In this document: positions 20,835 through 32,038 of the stretch, piece after piece | Layout: every line of letters begins with the position of its first letter | Position numbering within the stretch: the first letter of the stretch is position 1 | NCBI GenBank assembly: GCA_045597005.1 | Contig: JAZODJ010000028.1 | Span: forward strand, 12,768 to 76,767 | DNA: 64,000 bases | DNA from: Alphaproteobacteria bacterium | Lineage (GTDB): Bacteria > Pseudomonadota > Alphaproteobacteria > RF32 > CAG-239 | Reading direction: 5' to 3' | Translations under genes and position numbers: made by a program | Notes under the pieces: generated by a model | Database searches by the model: none | Told to the model about the DNA's origin: nothing | What the model saw: only the letters and a program-made list of their open reading frames with translations

Positions 20835-22346
20835 ATGCAAACACAAGAAAATATGCCCAGACCTGAGATCATTTTGGTTGCCGATACTGTAGCCAGAGAA
20901 AAAAATATTGATAAAGAAGACGTTTTGGAAGCAATGGAAATTGCAATACAAAAATCTGCTCGTTCAAAATATGGTATTGAACATGACATCAGAGCTCACA
21001 TTGACAGAAAGACTGGCGCAATTTCTTTGGCCAGATATAGAGAAGTTGTTGCTGATGATAAAAAAGAAAACGAAACAACACAATTAACATTAGATGAGGC
21101 TCAAGCCTATGAACCAAACATAAAAGTTGGCGAATTTATCATAGATGCTTTACCACCGATTGATTTCGGACGTATTGCTGCTCAAACAGCAAAACAAGTT
21201 ATTGTACAAAAAGTCCGCGATGCAGAACGCAATAAACAATTCGAAGAATATAAAGAAAAAATCGGTACCATTATAAACGGAACCGTTAAAAGAGTTGAGT
21301 TTAACAGTGTAACTGTAGATATGGGAAAAACAGAAGCAGTCTTACGTCGTGATGAAATAATCCCTAGAGAAAAATTCAAAGTAGGTGATAGAATCAGAGC
21401 TTATGTTTTGGATGTACGTCGTGAAAACAAAGGCCCACAAATTTTCTTATCTCGTACATGCCCCGAATTTTTAGCAAAATTGTTTACCTCTGAAGTTCCT
21501 GAAATATATGATGGCATTGTTCAAATAGTAGGTGTCGCTCGTGATCCGGGTTCAAAGGCTAAAATCGCCGTAAAAACAGACGATGTAACTGTTGATGCTG
21601 TTGGTGCATGTGTCGGTTTAAGAGGCATCCGTGTACAAGCCGTTGTAAACGAATTACAAGGTGAAAAAATTGACATTGTTCCTTATTCTGAAGACAAAGC
21701 CCAATTTATGGTAAGCGCATTGGCTCCAGCCGAAGTTACCAAAGTTGTAATTGATGAAGAAAATAATCGCATTGAAGCTGTTGTTCCTCAAGAACAATTT
21801 TCAATAGCTATCGGTCGTCGTGGTCAAAATGTTAAATTGGCATCTTTACTTTTAGGCTGTGATATTGACGTTTTAACAGAAGAACAAGAACAAGAACGTC
21901 GTTCAAATGAAAACAAGGTTCGTTCACAAAGATTTATGGAAGCCTTGGATGTTGATGAAATGATTGCTCATTTACTTATTGCTGAAGGCTTCTCAAATGT
22001 TGATGAAGTAGCAATGGTCAGCCTAAATGAATTAGCTGAAATTGATGGATTTGATGAGGAAGTTGCTCAAGAACTTCAAAATCGAGCTAAAGAATATGTT
22101 GAAAAACGCAATAAAGAGTTTGCTGAAAAAAGTAAATCTTTAGGAATTGATGAAAAACTACAAGCTATTGAAGGCCTTGATAAAGATATGCTTTTGGCTC
22201 TAGCCAACAACAATATTCGCACAGTTGACGATTTGGGTGATTTAGCTGCTGATGAATTAATTGAAATTTTAGGCGAAGATACCTTATCAACCAAAGAAGC
22301 TGAAAAAGTTATCATGGCTGCTCGAGCACATTGGTTTGAGGAATAA
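20835..22346 (+). CDS. nusA: transcription termination/antitermination factor NusA
   Basis: 503 aa; S1 and KH domains (IGRRGQNVKLAS), C-terminal acidic repeats. Confidence 0.95.
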   Translation: MQTQENMPRPEIILVADTVAREKNIDKEDVLEAMEIAIQKSARSKYGIEHDIRAHIDRKTGAISLARYREVVADDKKENETTQLTLDEAQAYEPNIKVGEFIIDALPPIDFGRIAAQTAKQVIVQKVRDAERNKQFEEYKEKIGTIINGTVKRVEFNSVTVDMGKTEAVLRRDEIIPREKFKVGDRIRAYVLDVRRENKGPQIFLSRTCPEFLAKLFTSEVPEIYDGIVQIVGVARDPGSKAKIAVKTDDVTVDAVGACVGLRGIRVQAVVNELQGEKIDIVPYSEDKAQFMVSALAPAEVTKVVIDEENNRIEAVVPQEQFSIAIGRRGQNVKLASLLLGCDIDVLTEEQEQERRSNENKVRSQRFMEALDVDEMIAHLLIAEGFSNVDEVAMVSLNELAEIDGFDEEVAQELQNRAKEYVEKRNKEFAEKSKSLGIDEKLQAIEGLDKDMLLALANNNIRTVDDLGDLAADELIEILGEDTLSTKEAEKVIMAARAHWFEE

Positions 22347-22405
22347 TCATAATTTAGGCCGAATGTAATGAAAACATTCGGCCTCCCCAAAAAAAAGGAA
22401 AAAAC

Positions 22406-22975
22406 ATGTCTAAAGAAACAACCCGAAAATGCATCGTTACCGGACAATTGATTGATAAAGAGCAGCTGTTGCGCTTTACCATATTGCCTGATAATACGGT
22501 TGTTCCTGACTTCAAAAAAAAGCTACCCGGCAAAGGATTTTATACCCTAAATTCCCGTTCCGTGTTACTCAAAGCCATTAACAACAATTTGTTTGCTAAA
22601 GCATCAAAGAGCAATGCCAAAGTTTCACTGTGTCTTATAGAACAAGTTGAACACATACTTAATAAACAAGCCCTTGATATTGTTTCACTGGCTCGTAAAG
22701 CCGGCATTTTAATTCTCGGAATGGATAAAGTAAAAGAAGCTATAAAGAAAGGAAACGTAGCATTTCTGCACGAAGCTATAAATGCAGGAGAAGACGGACA
22801 TAACAAAATATTAACAATAGCCAAAAACATCGAAATTTTTAACTTGTTTAAAATTGAGGAGTTAGATAAAGAACTAGCAAGAGAAAATACTGTCCACTTA
22901 GCCTTTGTTAAAAGCAACATGGCTCAATCAGTTAGAGAAACGTTTGTTCGTCTAACTTCATTCTTAAACAATTAA
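22406..22975 (+). CDS. YlxR (DUF448) RNA-binding protein with L7Ae-like C-domain
   Basis: RKCIVTGQ ... LLRF ... PGKGFY DUF448 signature; located between nusA and infB. Confidence 0.8.
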   Translation: MSKETTRKCIVTGQLIDKEQLLRFTILPDNTVVPDFKKKLPGKGFYTLNSRSVLLKAINNNLFAKASKSNAKVSLCLIEQVEHILNKQALDIVSLARKAGILILGMDKVKEAIKKGNVAFLHEAINAGEDGHNKILTIAKNIEIFNLFKIEELDKELARENTVHLAFVKSNMAQSVRETFVRLTSFLNN

Positions 22976-23002
22976 AATACACTAAAAACGGAGTATCACT
23001 AT

Positions 23003-25465
23003 ATGACAGAAGATAATGCAAAAAAGAAATTAACATTATCAGGAAAATCAACCCTAACATTAAAATTAGGAAGTAAACATCAACCATCTGACGGCAAAAA
23101 AATGGTTCAGGTTGAAGTCCGTAAAAAAAGAATTATCGGACAAAATCAAGTTCCTGAGTCCAAAACACCACAAATTGATGAGGAAACAGCAGCTAAATTA
23201 AAACTCATCGCAGAGGCAAAAGAATATGATAACAAACGCCGACAGGAAGAAGAAGAGCGCAATTTATTACGCCAAAAACAAAAAGAAGATGAACTGAAAA
23301 AACAACAAGAAAAAGAAGCTGAAGAAAAAAGAATTGCTAAAGAAAAAGCTAAACAAGAAGCTCAAAAAGCAAATTCAGAAACATTATCAAACACTCAAAA
23401 CGAGATAGATAATCGTGCCATCAACAAATTCAAAGAACGCCAAAAAAGAGATTTTGATGATGATGACGATGATGATGATAATATTCGTCCGTCCAAAAAA
23501 GCAACTTCTAAAGAAGACATCTTTGAACAAGAACGTAAAAAACAAATAACCAAACGTTCTTTTGAACCTCAACGTCGTTCCAATAAAGTAAGTATTCACA
23601 ATATTTCTACAGATGACGACGATGATGACTATGGATTCGGAGGACCTCGTCGCAGATTCAAGAAAAAACAACCCAAACCGGTTGTTCAAGTTGCCCCAAC
23701 AGAAAAAGTAATCAAAGAAGTTATTATTCCTGAGGTCATAACTGTTCAAGAACTTGCTAATCGTATGGCTGAAAAATCAGCTGAAGTTATTAAAAAATTG
23801 ATGGCTCTGGGGGTAATGGCAACAATTAACCAACCTATTGATGCTGATACCGCTCAAATAATTGTTGAAGAATTTGGCCATAAATTTAAACGCGTTGCAG
23901 ATAGCGACGTTGAAGAAGGCCTCTACAAACAAGATGATTCTGATGATAAAATGTTGCCTCGAGCTCCGGTTGTAACCGTTATGGGACACGTTGACCATGG
24001 TAAAACATCTTTGCTTGACGCTCTTCGCGAAACCAACGTTGTATCTCGTGAGGCTGGAGGTATTACTCAACATATCGGTGCTTACCAAATTACCGTTCCG
24101 TCAGGAGATAAAATCACTTTTATTGACACCCCCGGACACGAAGCATTTTCAGAAATGCGCGCCCGTGGTGCTAAAGTTACAGATATTGTCGTACTGGTGG
24201 TTGCTGCCAACGATGGTATTATGCCTCAAACGATTGAAGCTATCCGCCACGCCCAAGCTGCCGAAGTTCCTATTGTTGTCGCAATTAACAAAATAGACTT
24301 ACCGGCTGCGGACCCTATGAAAGTAAAAACAAACTTATTGCAACATGGTATTGGTGTTGAAGAAATGGGAGGAGAATGCTTATGCGCTGAAGTATCTGCT
24401 AAAAAACGCATAAACATAGACAAATTGGTTGAGGCAATTTTACTACAAGCTGAAATGTTAGACCTTAAAGCTAATCCTGATCGTAATGGAGAAGGTGTTG
24501 TTGTTGAAGCCAAAATGGAAAAAGGTCGTGGTACCGTTGTTACCGCTTTGGTTCAAAAAGGAACATTAAAAATCGGTGATGTTGTAATTGCCGGTAAAGA
24601 ATGGGGTCACGTTCGTGCAATGTTTAATGAACATGGTCAAAAAATGCAAGAAGCCGGTCCGGCAACTCCTGTTGAAATCTTAGGATTACAGGGGACTCCT
24701 TCTGCCGGTGATGATATCATTGCCGTTGCAGACGAAGGTAAAGCTAAAGAAATTACCGGATACCGCATCCGCAAAGAGCGAGAAGCCAAGTTGGTAAAAT
24801 CTGCTAAATCGGCTATGGAACAAATGCTCGACAAGATTAAATCCGGTGAAGTCAAAAACTTACCAATCATAATCAAAGCAGACGTTCAAGGTTCTATCGA
24901 AGCTATCGAAGGAACTGTTTCAAAACTTTCTAACGACGAAGTTAAAGTTCAAATTTTACACTCTGCAGTGGGAGGTATTTCAGAATCTGATGTTACTTTA
25001 GCCAAAGCATCTCATGCATTGATTATTGGATTTAACGTTCGCGCTAATACTCAAGCTAGAGACATGGCTCGCCGAGATAACGTAGAAATAAAATACTACT
25101 CAATTATTTATGATGTATTAGACGACATCAAAAAAGGATTAGAAGGTATGTTATCGCCCGAACTTCGTGAAAAATTGCTTGGTTACGCTGAAATTCGTGA
25201 AGTATACAACATTACAGGTGTAGGTAAAGTTGGTGGGTGTATGATTACCGAAGGTCTGGTTAAACGCGGCGCCAAGATACGCTTATTACGTGATAACGTA
25301 GTTATTCACGATGGCGCAATCGGACAACTCAAACGCTTCAAAGAAGACGTAAAAGAAGTCAAAGAAGGATTTGAGTGTGGTATTTCATTCGAAAACTATA
25401 ATGACATTCAAAAAGGTGACTTTATTGAATGTTATGAAATTGAAGAAATCGCAGCTAAACTATAA
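23003..25465 (+). CDS. infB: translation initiation factor IF-2
   Basis: 820 aa; [25 protein letters not shown]-domain; charged N-terminal region with poly-Asp runs. Confidence 0.95.
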   Translation: MTEDNAKKKLTLSGKSTLTLKLGSKHQPSDGKKMVQVEVRKKRIIGQNQVPESKTPQIDEETAAKLKLIAEAKEYDNKRRQEEEERNLLRQKQKEDELKKQQEKEAEEKRIAKEKAKQEAQKANSETLSNTQNEIDNRAINKFKERQKRDFDDDDDDDDNIRPSKKATSKEDIFEQERKKQITKRSFEPQRRSNKVSIHNISTDDDDDDYGFGGPRRRFKKKQPKPVVQVAPTEKVIKEVIIPEVITVQELANRMAEKSAEVIKKLMALGVMATINQPIDADTAQIIVEEFGHKFKRVADSDVEEGLYKQDDSDDKMLPRAPVVTVMGHVDHGKTSLLDALRETNVVSREAGGITQHIGAYQITVPSGDKITFIDTPGHEAFSEMRARGAKVTDIVVLVVAANDGIMPQTIEAIRHAQAAEVPIVVAINKIDLPAADPMKVKTNLLQHGIGVEEMGGECLCAEVSAKKRINIDKLVEAILLQAEMLDLKANPDRNGEGVVVEAKMEKGRGTVVTALVQKGTLKIGDVVIAGKEWGHVRAMFNEHGQKMQEAGPATPVEILGLQGTPSAGDDIIAVADEGKAKEITGYRIRKEREAKLVKSAKSAMEQMLDKIKSGEVKNLPIIIKADVQGSIEAIEGTVSKLSNDEVKVQILHSAVGGISESDVTLAKASHALIIGFNVRANTQARDMARRDNVEIKYYSIIYDVLDDIKKGLEGMLSPELREKLLGYAEIREVYNITGVGKVGGCMITEGLVKRGAKIRLLRDNVVIHDGAIGQLKRFKEDVKEVKEGFECGISFENYNDIQKGDFIECYEIEEIAAKL

Positions 25466-25480
25466 ACATTTTAGTCCGAT

Positions 25481-25509
25481 AAAAAAGCGCTCATCAGAGC
25501 GCTTTTTTA
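25481..25509. terminator. bidirectional intrinsic terminator (infB / lptG-like convergent pair)
   Basis: AAAAAA GCGCTC ATCA GAGCGC TTTTTT; stem 25487..25492 / 25497..25502. Confidence 0.75.
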
Positions 25510-25514
25510 TTAAT

Positions 25515-26621
25515 TTAACCATCTTCTAAATGTAATAACAACGAAATAGCAATCAATGATGCAATACCTGTTGGTGCAATAATTGCCAAAAACACCGGAA
25601 TATTTCCGCTAATTCCCATTGCATATACTACTTGTGACAAAAAATACGCAGAAAACCCCGTCACAATTCCGCCAACAATCAAAAACATTACACCACCACG
25701 CCTATTATTAGGACGCAAAGCAAAAACCGCAGCCATTAATACCATAGATACTAAAAACAATGGCGATATCAACAATGACCAAAATCTCATTTGATGTCTT
25801 TGTACTGCAAAACCGGATTTATCATAAAATTTTATAACTCTCGGTAAATTCCAAAAAGATATTGCTTCTGGCTCAACAAAATTTTCCTCTATTTTATTCA
25901 TATCAAGAGCTGTTTTATACTGCATTTCACTCAAACTATGCACAGGAGAGCCTGCCTTATAAATCTTCACATTTTGCAAATCAAAAAAACCATTTGCCAA
26001 AACTCCCGCAAAAGCCTCTATACGTCTTACTGGCTGCGATTTTTTATCCATTTCCAAAATAGTTACACCGCGCAACAACAAGTTATCATTTTCCGGATGT
26101 AATGATTTGGCATTCAACACCATTACTTTATCATCTCCTATAGCCTCTCTACTCCACAATCCTTGATCTGAAAATGACATTGCCTGCATATTTTTTGTAT
26201 CCATACGTCGTTCTAGTGTTTCAAACAAACCATATAAATTTGCAGCTACAGGATTAATCAATGCAACATTAACTATTCCCACCATCAACGTCGCTACACA
26301 AATAGGTACTAAAAATCCCCAAATAGAAACCCCTGCAGATCGCATTACCACAAACTCACTGGTCTTACTTAATTTCCAAAAAGTAATCATCGCAGCAATC
26401 ATCATCACAAACGGAAAAACTTGTTCTACCGTTTTTGGCAACCTTGCAACAGCAAGTTGTACAGCAAACCATATCCCAAACTCTTCATGCCCTGAAATTC
26501 TGCGTAATCTTTCTACCATTTCAAACAAAAAAATGATTCCCAAAATTATCAGCAATACTGCCAAAAAATTAAATATTATTTGTTTTGTCAGGTAACGACC
26601 CAATATTGAAGTAGGTTTCAT
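25515..26621 (-). CDS. LptF/LptG family LPS export permease
   Basis: YjgP/YjgQ-like: MKPTSILGRYL start (ATG 26621), 6 TM segments with a periplasmic beta-jellyroll insert. Confidence 0.8.
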   Translation of the reverse strand: MKPTSILGRYLTKQIIFNFLAVLLIILGIIFLFEMVERLRRISGHEEFGIWFAVQLAVARLPKTVEQVFPFVMMIAAMITFWKLSKTSEFVVMRSAGVSIWGFLVPICVATLMVGIVNVALINPVAANLYGLFETLERRMDTKNMQAMSFSDQGLWSREAIGDDKVMVLNAKSLHPENDNLLLRGVTILEMDKKSQPVRRIEAFAGVLANGFFDLQNVKIYKAGSPVHSLSEMQYKTALDMNKIEENFVEPEAISFWNLPRVIKFYDKSGFAVQRHQMRFWSLLISPLFLVSMVLMAAVFALRPNNRRGGVMFLIVGGIVTGFSAYFLSQVVYAMGISGNIPVFLAIIAPTGIASLIAISLLLHLEDG

Positions 26622-26752
26622 AAAACATCTCAAAAAAAACAATTAAACTAGTTTCAAGATTAGGAAAAAAAAGCTCTGATTGCAAGTCAAATTTTTAATC
26701 AAATTTTATTCTTTATCAATTAGACTACACCATATTACAAAGGAGGCTCGTC

Positions 26753-28012
26753 TTGCTAAAATGGCTTAAATCTTTAAAAATATATGCTGACCACCGTATG
26801 CTAATAATGTTGCTGTTGGGTTTTTCCTCCGGTCTTCCATTTTTATTGGTATCATCAACATTATCTCTTTGGCTGAAAGATTCGGGTATTTCTTTGGTAG
26901 CTATCGGACTTTTTTCAATAGTCAAAATACCATACAGCTTCAAATGGTTAATATCCCCTCTTATTGATCAGATAAAACTTCCATTTTTCAATAAGCTTGG
27001 GCGACGACGCGGATGGGCTGTATTATTACAAATAATGCTAATCATATCATTATTATCAATGTCAATTACTCAACCTGCTATTTCGCCGATTCTTTTTACA
27101 ATATGGGTTGTTACAACAGCATTATTTTCAGCATCACAAGATATTGTTTTAGATGCTTATCGTATTGAACGGTTCAAACCATCAGAACAAGCTGCCGGTG
27201 TAGCAATATTTGTTTTAGGATACAGATTTGGTTTACTATTTTCCGGAGCCGGAGCATTATTTTTAGCTGACTACCTAAGTTGGAATCACGTGTACCAAAT
27301 AATGGCTATCGGTGTCTTCATCGGTTTTGTAACAATCTTATTTTCCAAAGAACCGGATAACAATCAACCATCCCAACCACATACACTTCGCGCAATAATT
27401 GTAAATGCAATCGTTAAACCTTTTTCTGATTTTACTAAACGTAAAAACTGGCAATATATTCTTCTGTTCATATTCCTTTACAGAATGAGTGATGCCTACG
27501 TCGCTCCTATGGCTTATCCCTTTTTTGACGACATCGGCTTCACTAAAATTCAAATTGCAGCAATTATCAAAATCTATGGTGTCATTGCTACAATAATCGG
27601 AACTATAATCGGAGGCGCTGTTGTAAATCGTATAGGATTAACAAAATCTTTGATAGTATGCGGTTTTCTTCAAGGACTCTCAAATCTCGTTTATGTAGGA
27701 CAAGTTTATGCCGGAAACAATCCTGAAATACTGATGCTTAATATATTTATTGAAAACATATCAGGTGGAATGGGAACGGCTGCTTTTGTTGCATACTTGT
27801 CGTCATTATGTAACAAAAAATACACTGCAACTCAATATGCTCTTCTTTCATCATTTATGAGTGCTGCTCGTGATATTTTTGCTGCTTCATCCGGCTTTGT
27901 TGCTAAAGCAACATCTTGGCAGTGTTTTTTCATAACAACAACCCTTATGGCAATTCCGGGAATGTTGGTGTTATGGTATCTTATCCGAACCAAATCAATA
28001 AAAAACAACTAA
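26753..28012 (+). CDS. AmpG-family muropeptide MFS transporter
   Basis: 419 aa, TTG start 7 nt after AGGAGG (26741..26746); GFSSGLPFLL ... TLSLWL typical of AmpG. Confidence 0.8.
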   Translation: MLKWLKSLKIYADHRMLIMLLLGFSSGLPFLLVSSTLSLWLKDSGISLVAIGLFSIVKIPYSFKWLISPLIDQIKLPFFNKLGRRRGWAVLLQIMLIISLLSMSITQPAISPILFTIWVVTTALFSASQDIVLDAYRIERFKPSEQAAGVAIFVLGYRFGLLFSGAGALFLADYLSWNHVYQIMAIGVFIGFVTILFSKEPDNNQPSQPHTLRAIIVNAIVKPFSDFTKRKNWQYILLFIFLYRMSDAYVAPMAYPFFDDIGFTKIQIAAIIKIYGVIATIIGTIIGGAVVNRIGLTKSLIVCGFLQGLSNLVYVGQVYAGNNPEILMLNIFIENISGGMGTAAFVAYLSSLCNKKYTATQYALLSSFMSAARDIFAASSGFVAKATSWQCFFITTTLMAIPGMLVLWYLIRTKSIKNN

Positions 28013-28809
28013 ACCTTATATGGTAACTTGGAATATATAAATTCACTAATACAGTTTGGCAATATAGAGCCAAGCCATGTTGCTAAGCGCATTTGCCATG
28101 GAAACGCTATTAAACCGACATTTTTTTCAATTCTTTTTGCAATAATTCTGGCAGCTTGTTCCGCTTCCATAAAAAATGGCATAGGACAAGTATTCTTATC
28201 TGTAATCCGAGATCTTACAAATCCTGGACAAATCACCGAAACATTAATACCTAAAGGCCTTAAGCTTAATCGCAACCCTTCTCCCCAAGCTTTAACTCCT
28301 GCTTTGGTGGCAGCATAAGAGGGACAAGTCGGCATTCCATGATATCCGGCAATTGAAGACGTGATCGCAATATGTTTAACTTGTGATAAAGGAGCTTTCT
28401 TAAACAATTCAATAACCGGCAAAACCGTATTTACCACTCCCATAACATTAATTTCAAATGTTCTCCTGACATTGTCGGCTGTTTCCTCCAATGTTGCTAC
28501 ACCGGCATTTGCAAAAACCAAATTAAGAGGCTTTTTTTCATTTTGCTCATTAACCCATGTCCAAACAGCATCTTTATCCGCAATATCCAAAATTTTAACA
28601 CTAACCTCTGCACCCAAACCTCGACAAACTTCCGCCACCAAATCGAGACGTTCCTTATTGCGACCACATAAAGACAAAAGCTGTGTTCCGCTAGAAGCAT
28701 AAAACAAAGCCAAAGCTTCCCCTATTCCCGAAGAAGCCCCCGTAATTAAAACATGAGCATATTTCAAATTAATTCTCCTTAAAAACTTATTAAGTTTTTT
28801 TATATACAA
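28009..28809 (-). CDS. SDR family oxidoreductase
   Basis: TGASSGIG cofactor motif, YAATKAGVK catalytic YxxxK. Confidence 0.85.
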   Translation of the reverse strand: MYIKKLNKFLRRINLKYAHVLITGASSGIGEALALFYASSGTQLLSLCGRNKERLDLVAEVCRGLGAEVSVKILDIADKDAVWTWVNEQNEKKPLNLVFANAGVATLEETADNVRRTFEINVMGVVNTVLPVIELFKKAPLSQVKHIAITSSIAGYHGMPTCPSYAATKAGVKAWGEGLRLSLRPLGINVSVICPGFVRSRITDKNTCPMPFFMEAEQAARIIAKRIEKNVGLIAFPWQMRLATWLGSILPNCISEFIYSKLPYKV

Positions 28810-28849
28810 TAACCCAAAATGATTTTTTATTTCATAAAGGAGTTACAAT

Positions 28850-29752
28850 TTGAGTATAGCAAGTATGACCGGTTTTGCAAGAATAAACGGCTGTTTATCT
28901 ATTGCTGAAGAAACATTCTCCTGGTCGTGGGAACTAAAAAGCGTTAACGGAAAAAATCTTGATATCAAATATCGCCTTCCGAACGGATACGATGACATTT
29001 CCATATCAACCAAAGCAATTGCTAGCGAAATTATCAACAGAGGAAACATTACCGCAACGTTAGAAATAACCAACGACAACAAAGCAAAAAAAATTAAAAT
29101 TGATACAAATTTGCTAAATGAAATTACCAATCAGGCTATTGATCTTTGCAATCGCTACTACGGCAAAATAGCTCTTCCATCATCAGCAGATCTTCTCAAT
29201 CTACGAGGCGTTGTTGAAATAGAAGAAAATATCTTAGACGATGAAACTATTACGACTATAAAACAAAAAATAATACGTGATTTTGCAACAGCATGTCAAA
29301 ATCTTCAAACGGACCGCCAAAAAGAAGGTGAAAAAATAAAAATAGTTCTTCAATCAATCCTAAAAAAAATTGAAAATATAACTGAGCAAATAGAAAAAAC
29401 AGCTGATGACATTCCTGTTAAATTAAAAGAAAAATTGAAATCACAAATTGAACAATATAACGATGATATCAATATTTCAGAAGACCGAATAGCTCAGGAA
29501 ATTGTGCTTTTAATTACCAGAGCAGATATACGCGAAGAAATAGACCGTCTGAAAGCTCATATAAAATCTGCATACAATCTTTTATCTTCAAATGGTAGTG
29601 TAGGACGAAGACTTGATTTCTTATGCCAGGAACTCAACCGTGAAGCTAACACAACATGCTCTAAATCATCTGATATTGTAATAACAAATTATGCTATGGA
29701 CTTAAAAGCATTAATTGAACAATTTCGTGAACAAGTACAAAACATTGAATAA
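28850..29752 (+). CDS. YicC-family stress-induced protein
   Basis: SMTGFAR N-terminus, EEIDRLKAHI, GRRLDFLCQELNREANT. Confidence 0.85.
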   Translation: MSIASMTGFARINGCLSIAEETFSWSWELKSVNGKNLDIKYRLPNGYDDISISTKAIASEIINRGNITATLEITNDNKAKKIKIDTNLLNEITNQAIDLCNRYYGKIALPSSADLLNLRGVVEIEENILDDETITTIKQKIIRDFATACQNLQTDRQKEGEKIKIVLQSILKKIENITEQIEKTADDIPVKLKEKLKSQIEQYNDDINISEDRIAQEIVLLITRADIREEIDRLKAHIKSAYNLLSSNGSVGRRLDFLCQELNREANTTCSKSSDIVITNYAMDLKALIEQFREQVQNIE

Positions 29753-29769
29753 AAAAAAGGAGCCTCAAA

Positions 29770-30435
29770 ATGGATGAAATTATCGATCGCCTACGCAAAG
29801 TAAGAAAAGGAGCCATGTTTATTATAGAAGCTCCATCCGGTACCGGAAAAGGGACTGTAATAAAAGAACTCTTAAAAAATGATCCGAATATCAAATTTTC
29901 TGTTTCGGTAACTACCCGTCAACCTCGTCCCGGAGAAGAAGAAGGTGTAGACTATTATTTTGTTACCGATGAACAGTATAATGAATTTATGGCTCAAGAT
30001 GCATTTTACGAGTATGTTGATTCGCAATATGGTTCCCGCTATGGCACTCTCCGTTCAGAAGTTGATAGTTTTATTAATGTCGGACAAGATGTATTATTCG
30101 ATATGGACTGGGCAGGAGCAAGACAAATGCGCCAAAAAGCCGGCGATGATGTCGTAACAATATATCTATTACCTCCGTCAATAAAAGAACTACGTAAACG
30201 TTTGGAGGGGCGAGGAACCGACAGTAAAGAAGTGATTGAAAAACGTATGGGAATCATCTTGGACAAAGTAAGCCATTGGGACGAATTTGACTATGTAATC
30301 GTTAACGTAAGCTTACAAGAAACTGTCACTAAAATACAAAAAATAATCTCCGGAGAACGCATGCGTCGTGTCCGCCAAGTAGGGTTAAAAGGCTTTGTTA
30401 AAGAATTGATAAAAGAAGCAAATGAAGACAATTAA
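29770..30435 (+). CDS. gmk: guanylate kinase
   Basis: APSGTGKGT P-loop, TTRQPRPGEEEGVDYYF. Confidence 0.9.
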   Translation: MDEIIDRLRKVRKGAMFIIEAPSGTGKGTVIKELLKNDPNIKFSVSVTTRQPRPGEEEGVDYYFVTDEQYNEFMAQDAFYEYVDSQYGSRYGTLRSEVDSFINVGQDVLFDMDWAGARQMRQKAGDDVVTIYLLPPSIKELRKRLEGRGTDSKEVIEKRMGIILDKVSHWDEFDYVIVNVSLQETVTKIQKIISGERMRRVRQVGLKGFVKELIKEANEDN

Positions 30436-31001
30436 CGTCTGTTGCTAACTTGTTTTCGTTGTTCTTCATTCATTGATTTATATACCAGTAAAGCATTTTT
30501 GTCTGCGTTTGCTACATTAAGCAACGCAGCTTTTTTATACAAATTAAACGCTTCAACAAAATCTTTAGAAACACCAATCCCTTTAGTATACATCCACGCT
30601 AAAACTTCTATTGCTTTAGGATCGTTTTCTTTAACCCTTGTGGTAATATCCCCCAATTCAAAAGGAGTAACCTGATTTGACTTAACTGCTGCAATTGTTT
30701 TAAGCCATTGCAGTTGTCGTGCTTTTGCCAATGCTGACTTTTGTCCCCAAGTTTTCGACAACTTAAGCTCAATATCATCGCCCTTATTCAAAACAACACC
30801 TTGAGGTTCAACTTCTGATAATTCGCTATCTTCAATCAATACGACAGGAGCTTTTCTGTTTTTTACAAACAAAGGCAAATACCCGCGATTATCTGATCTG
30901 ATAATATCACGATACAATTCATCAAGACTGGATGCGGAAACATCTTTTACATTTAAACAAAACAATATTCCGCACAAAAAGAAAAAACACTTAAATTTCA
31001 T
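30432..31001 (-). CDS. secreted Sel1-repeat-like protein
   Basis: Signal peptide MKFKCFFFLCGILFCLNVKDVSA; AWMYTKGIGVSKDFVEAFNLYKKAA resembles a Sel1 repeat. Confidence 0.5.
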   Translation of the reverse strand: MKFKCFFFLCGILFCLNVKDVSASSLDELYRDIIRSDNRGYLPLFVKNRKAPVVLIEDSELSEVEPQGVVLNKGDDIELKLSKTWGQKSALAKARQLQWLKTIAAVKSNQVTPFELGDITTRVKENDPKAIEVLAWMYTKGIGVSKDFVEAFNLYKKAALLNVANADKNALLVYKSMNEEQRKQVSNRR

Positions 31002-31102
31002 TTTAAAAATCCGACAACATTTAACATTGCAATTATATCAGTTTGCTGTTATATCGGTCTATATATTTTTAAGCTTTATAAACAAATTTAGAGGATGTAT
31101 TC

Positions 31103-32023
31103 ATGCGCAAAATTTACGAATCAATTACTCAAATGATTGGTGCCACACCTATGCTTAAATTAACAGCTCTAAACAAAAAACTTTCACTTCATGGAAACAT
31201 TTATGGTAAATGCGAATTCTACAATCCGCTATTTTCTATTAAAGATCGCGCCACTCTTAATATGATAAACCATGCGTTAGAAAACTCAAACATCAACGAC
31301 AATACCATATTTATAGAAGCAACAAGCGGCAACGTTGGAGTTGCCTTAGCAGCTATCTGTGCGGCAAAAGAATTAAAGGCTCTTATTGTTATGCCGGAAA
31401 ACACGTCGCAAGAAAAGATTAAAATAATAAAACACTTCGGTGCTGATGTAATCCTGACACCTAAAGAAGATGGGATGAAAGGCGCTATCGCTAAGGCTGA
31501 AATGTTAGCTTCCAAATCAAAAGATGTCATCATGCTAAGGCAATTTGAAAATCATGCTAATACTGAGGCTCATCTCTTAGGTACAAGTACTGAAATATTG
31601 ACTGATATGAATGGAAACATAGATGTTATTATTTCTGCTGTTGGCACATCCGGTACTATTACCGGTATTGCCCAAGCGCTCAAAACCAATAATCCTGATT
31701 TGTACGTTGTAGCTGTAGAACCGGCATCAAGCAACGTTTTAATTGGAGGTGCAAAAGGGTCTCACAAAATACATGGTATAGGTGCAGGTTTTATACCGCC
31801 ACTATACAAAAAAGAACTCATTGATGAAGTTTTTGACGTTTCTGACAACGATGCTTGGGATATGGCAAAAGCAGTAGCCCAAACAGAAGGTCTCCCTATC
31901 GGAATATCCGCTGGGGCTGCCATGGTTGCTGCTGTTAATATAGCTTCCCGAGACAAATTCAAAAACAAAAATATAGTTGTTATTTTTCCTGATTCTATCT
32001 TAAATTACATATCGGAATTATAA
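31103..32023 (+). CDS. cysK: cysteine synthase A (O-acetylserine sulfhydrylase)
   Basis: 306 aa; NPLFSIKDR PLP-Lys motif, ATSGNVG, GTSGTITG. Confidence 0.9.
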   Translation: MRKIYESITQMIGATPMLKLTALNKKLSLHGNIYGKCEFYNPLFSIKDRATLNMINHALENSNINDNTIFIEATSGNVGVALAAICAAKELKALIVMPENTSQEKIKIIKHFGADVILTPKEDGMKGAIAKAEMLASKSKDVIMLRQFENHANTEAHLLGTSTEILTDMNGNIDVIISAVGTSGTITGIAQALKTNNPDLYVVAVEPASSNVLIGGAKGSHKIHGIGAGFIPPLYKKELIDEVFDVSDNDAWDMAKAVAQTEGLPIGISAGAAMVAAVNIASRDKFKNKNIVVIFPDSILNYISEL

Positions 32024-32038
32024 AAAACAAACTTTTAC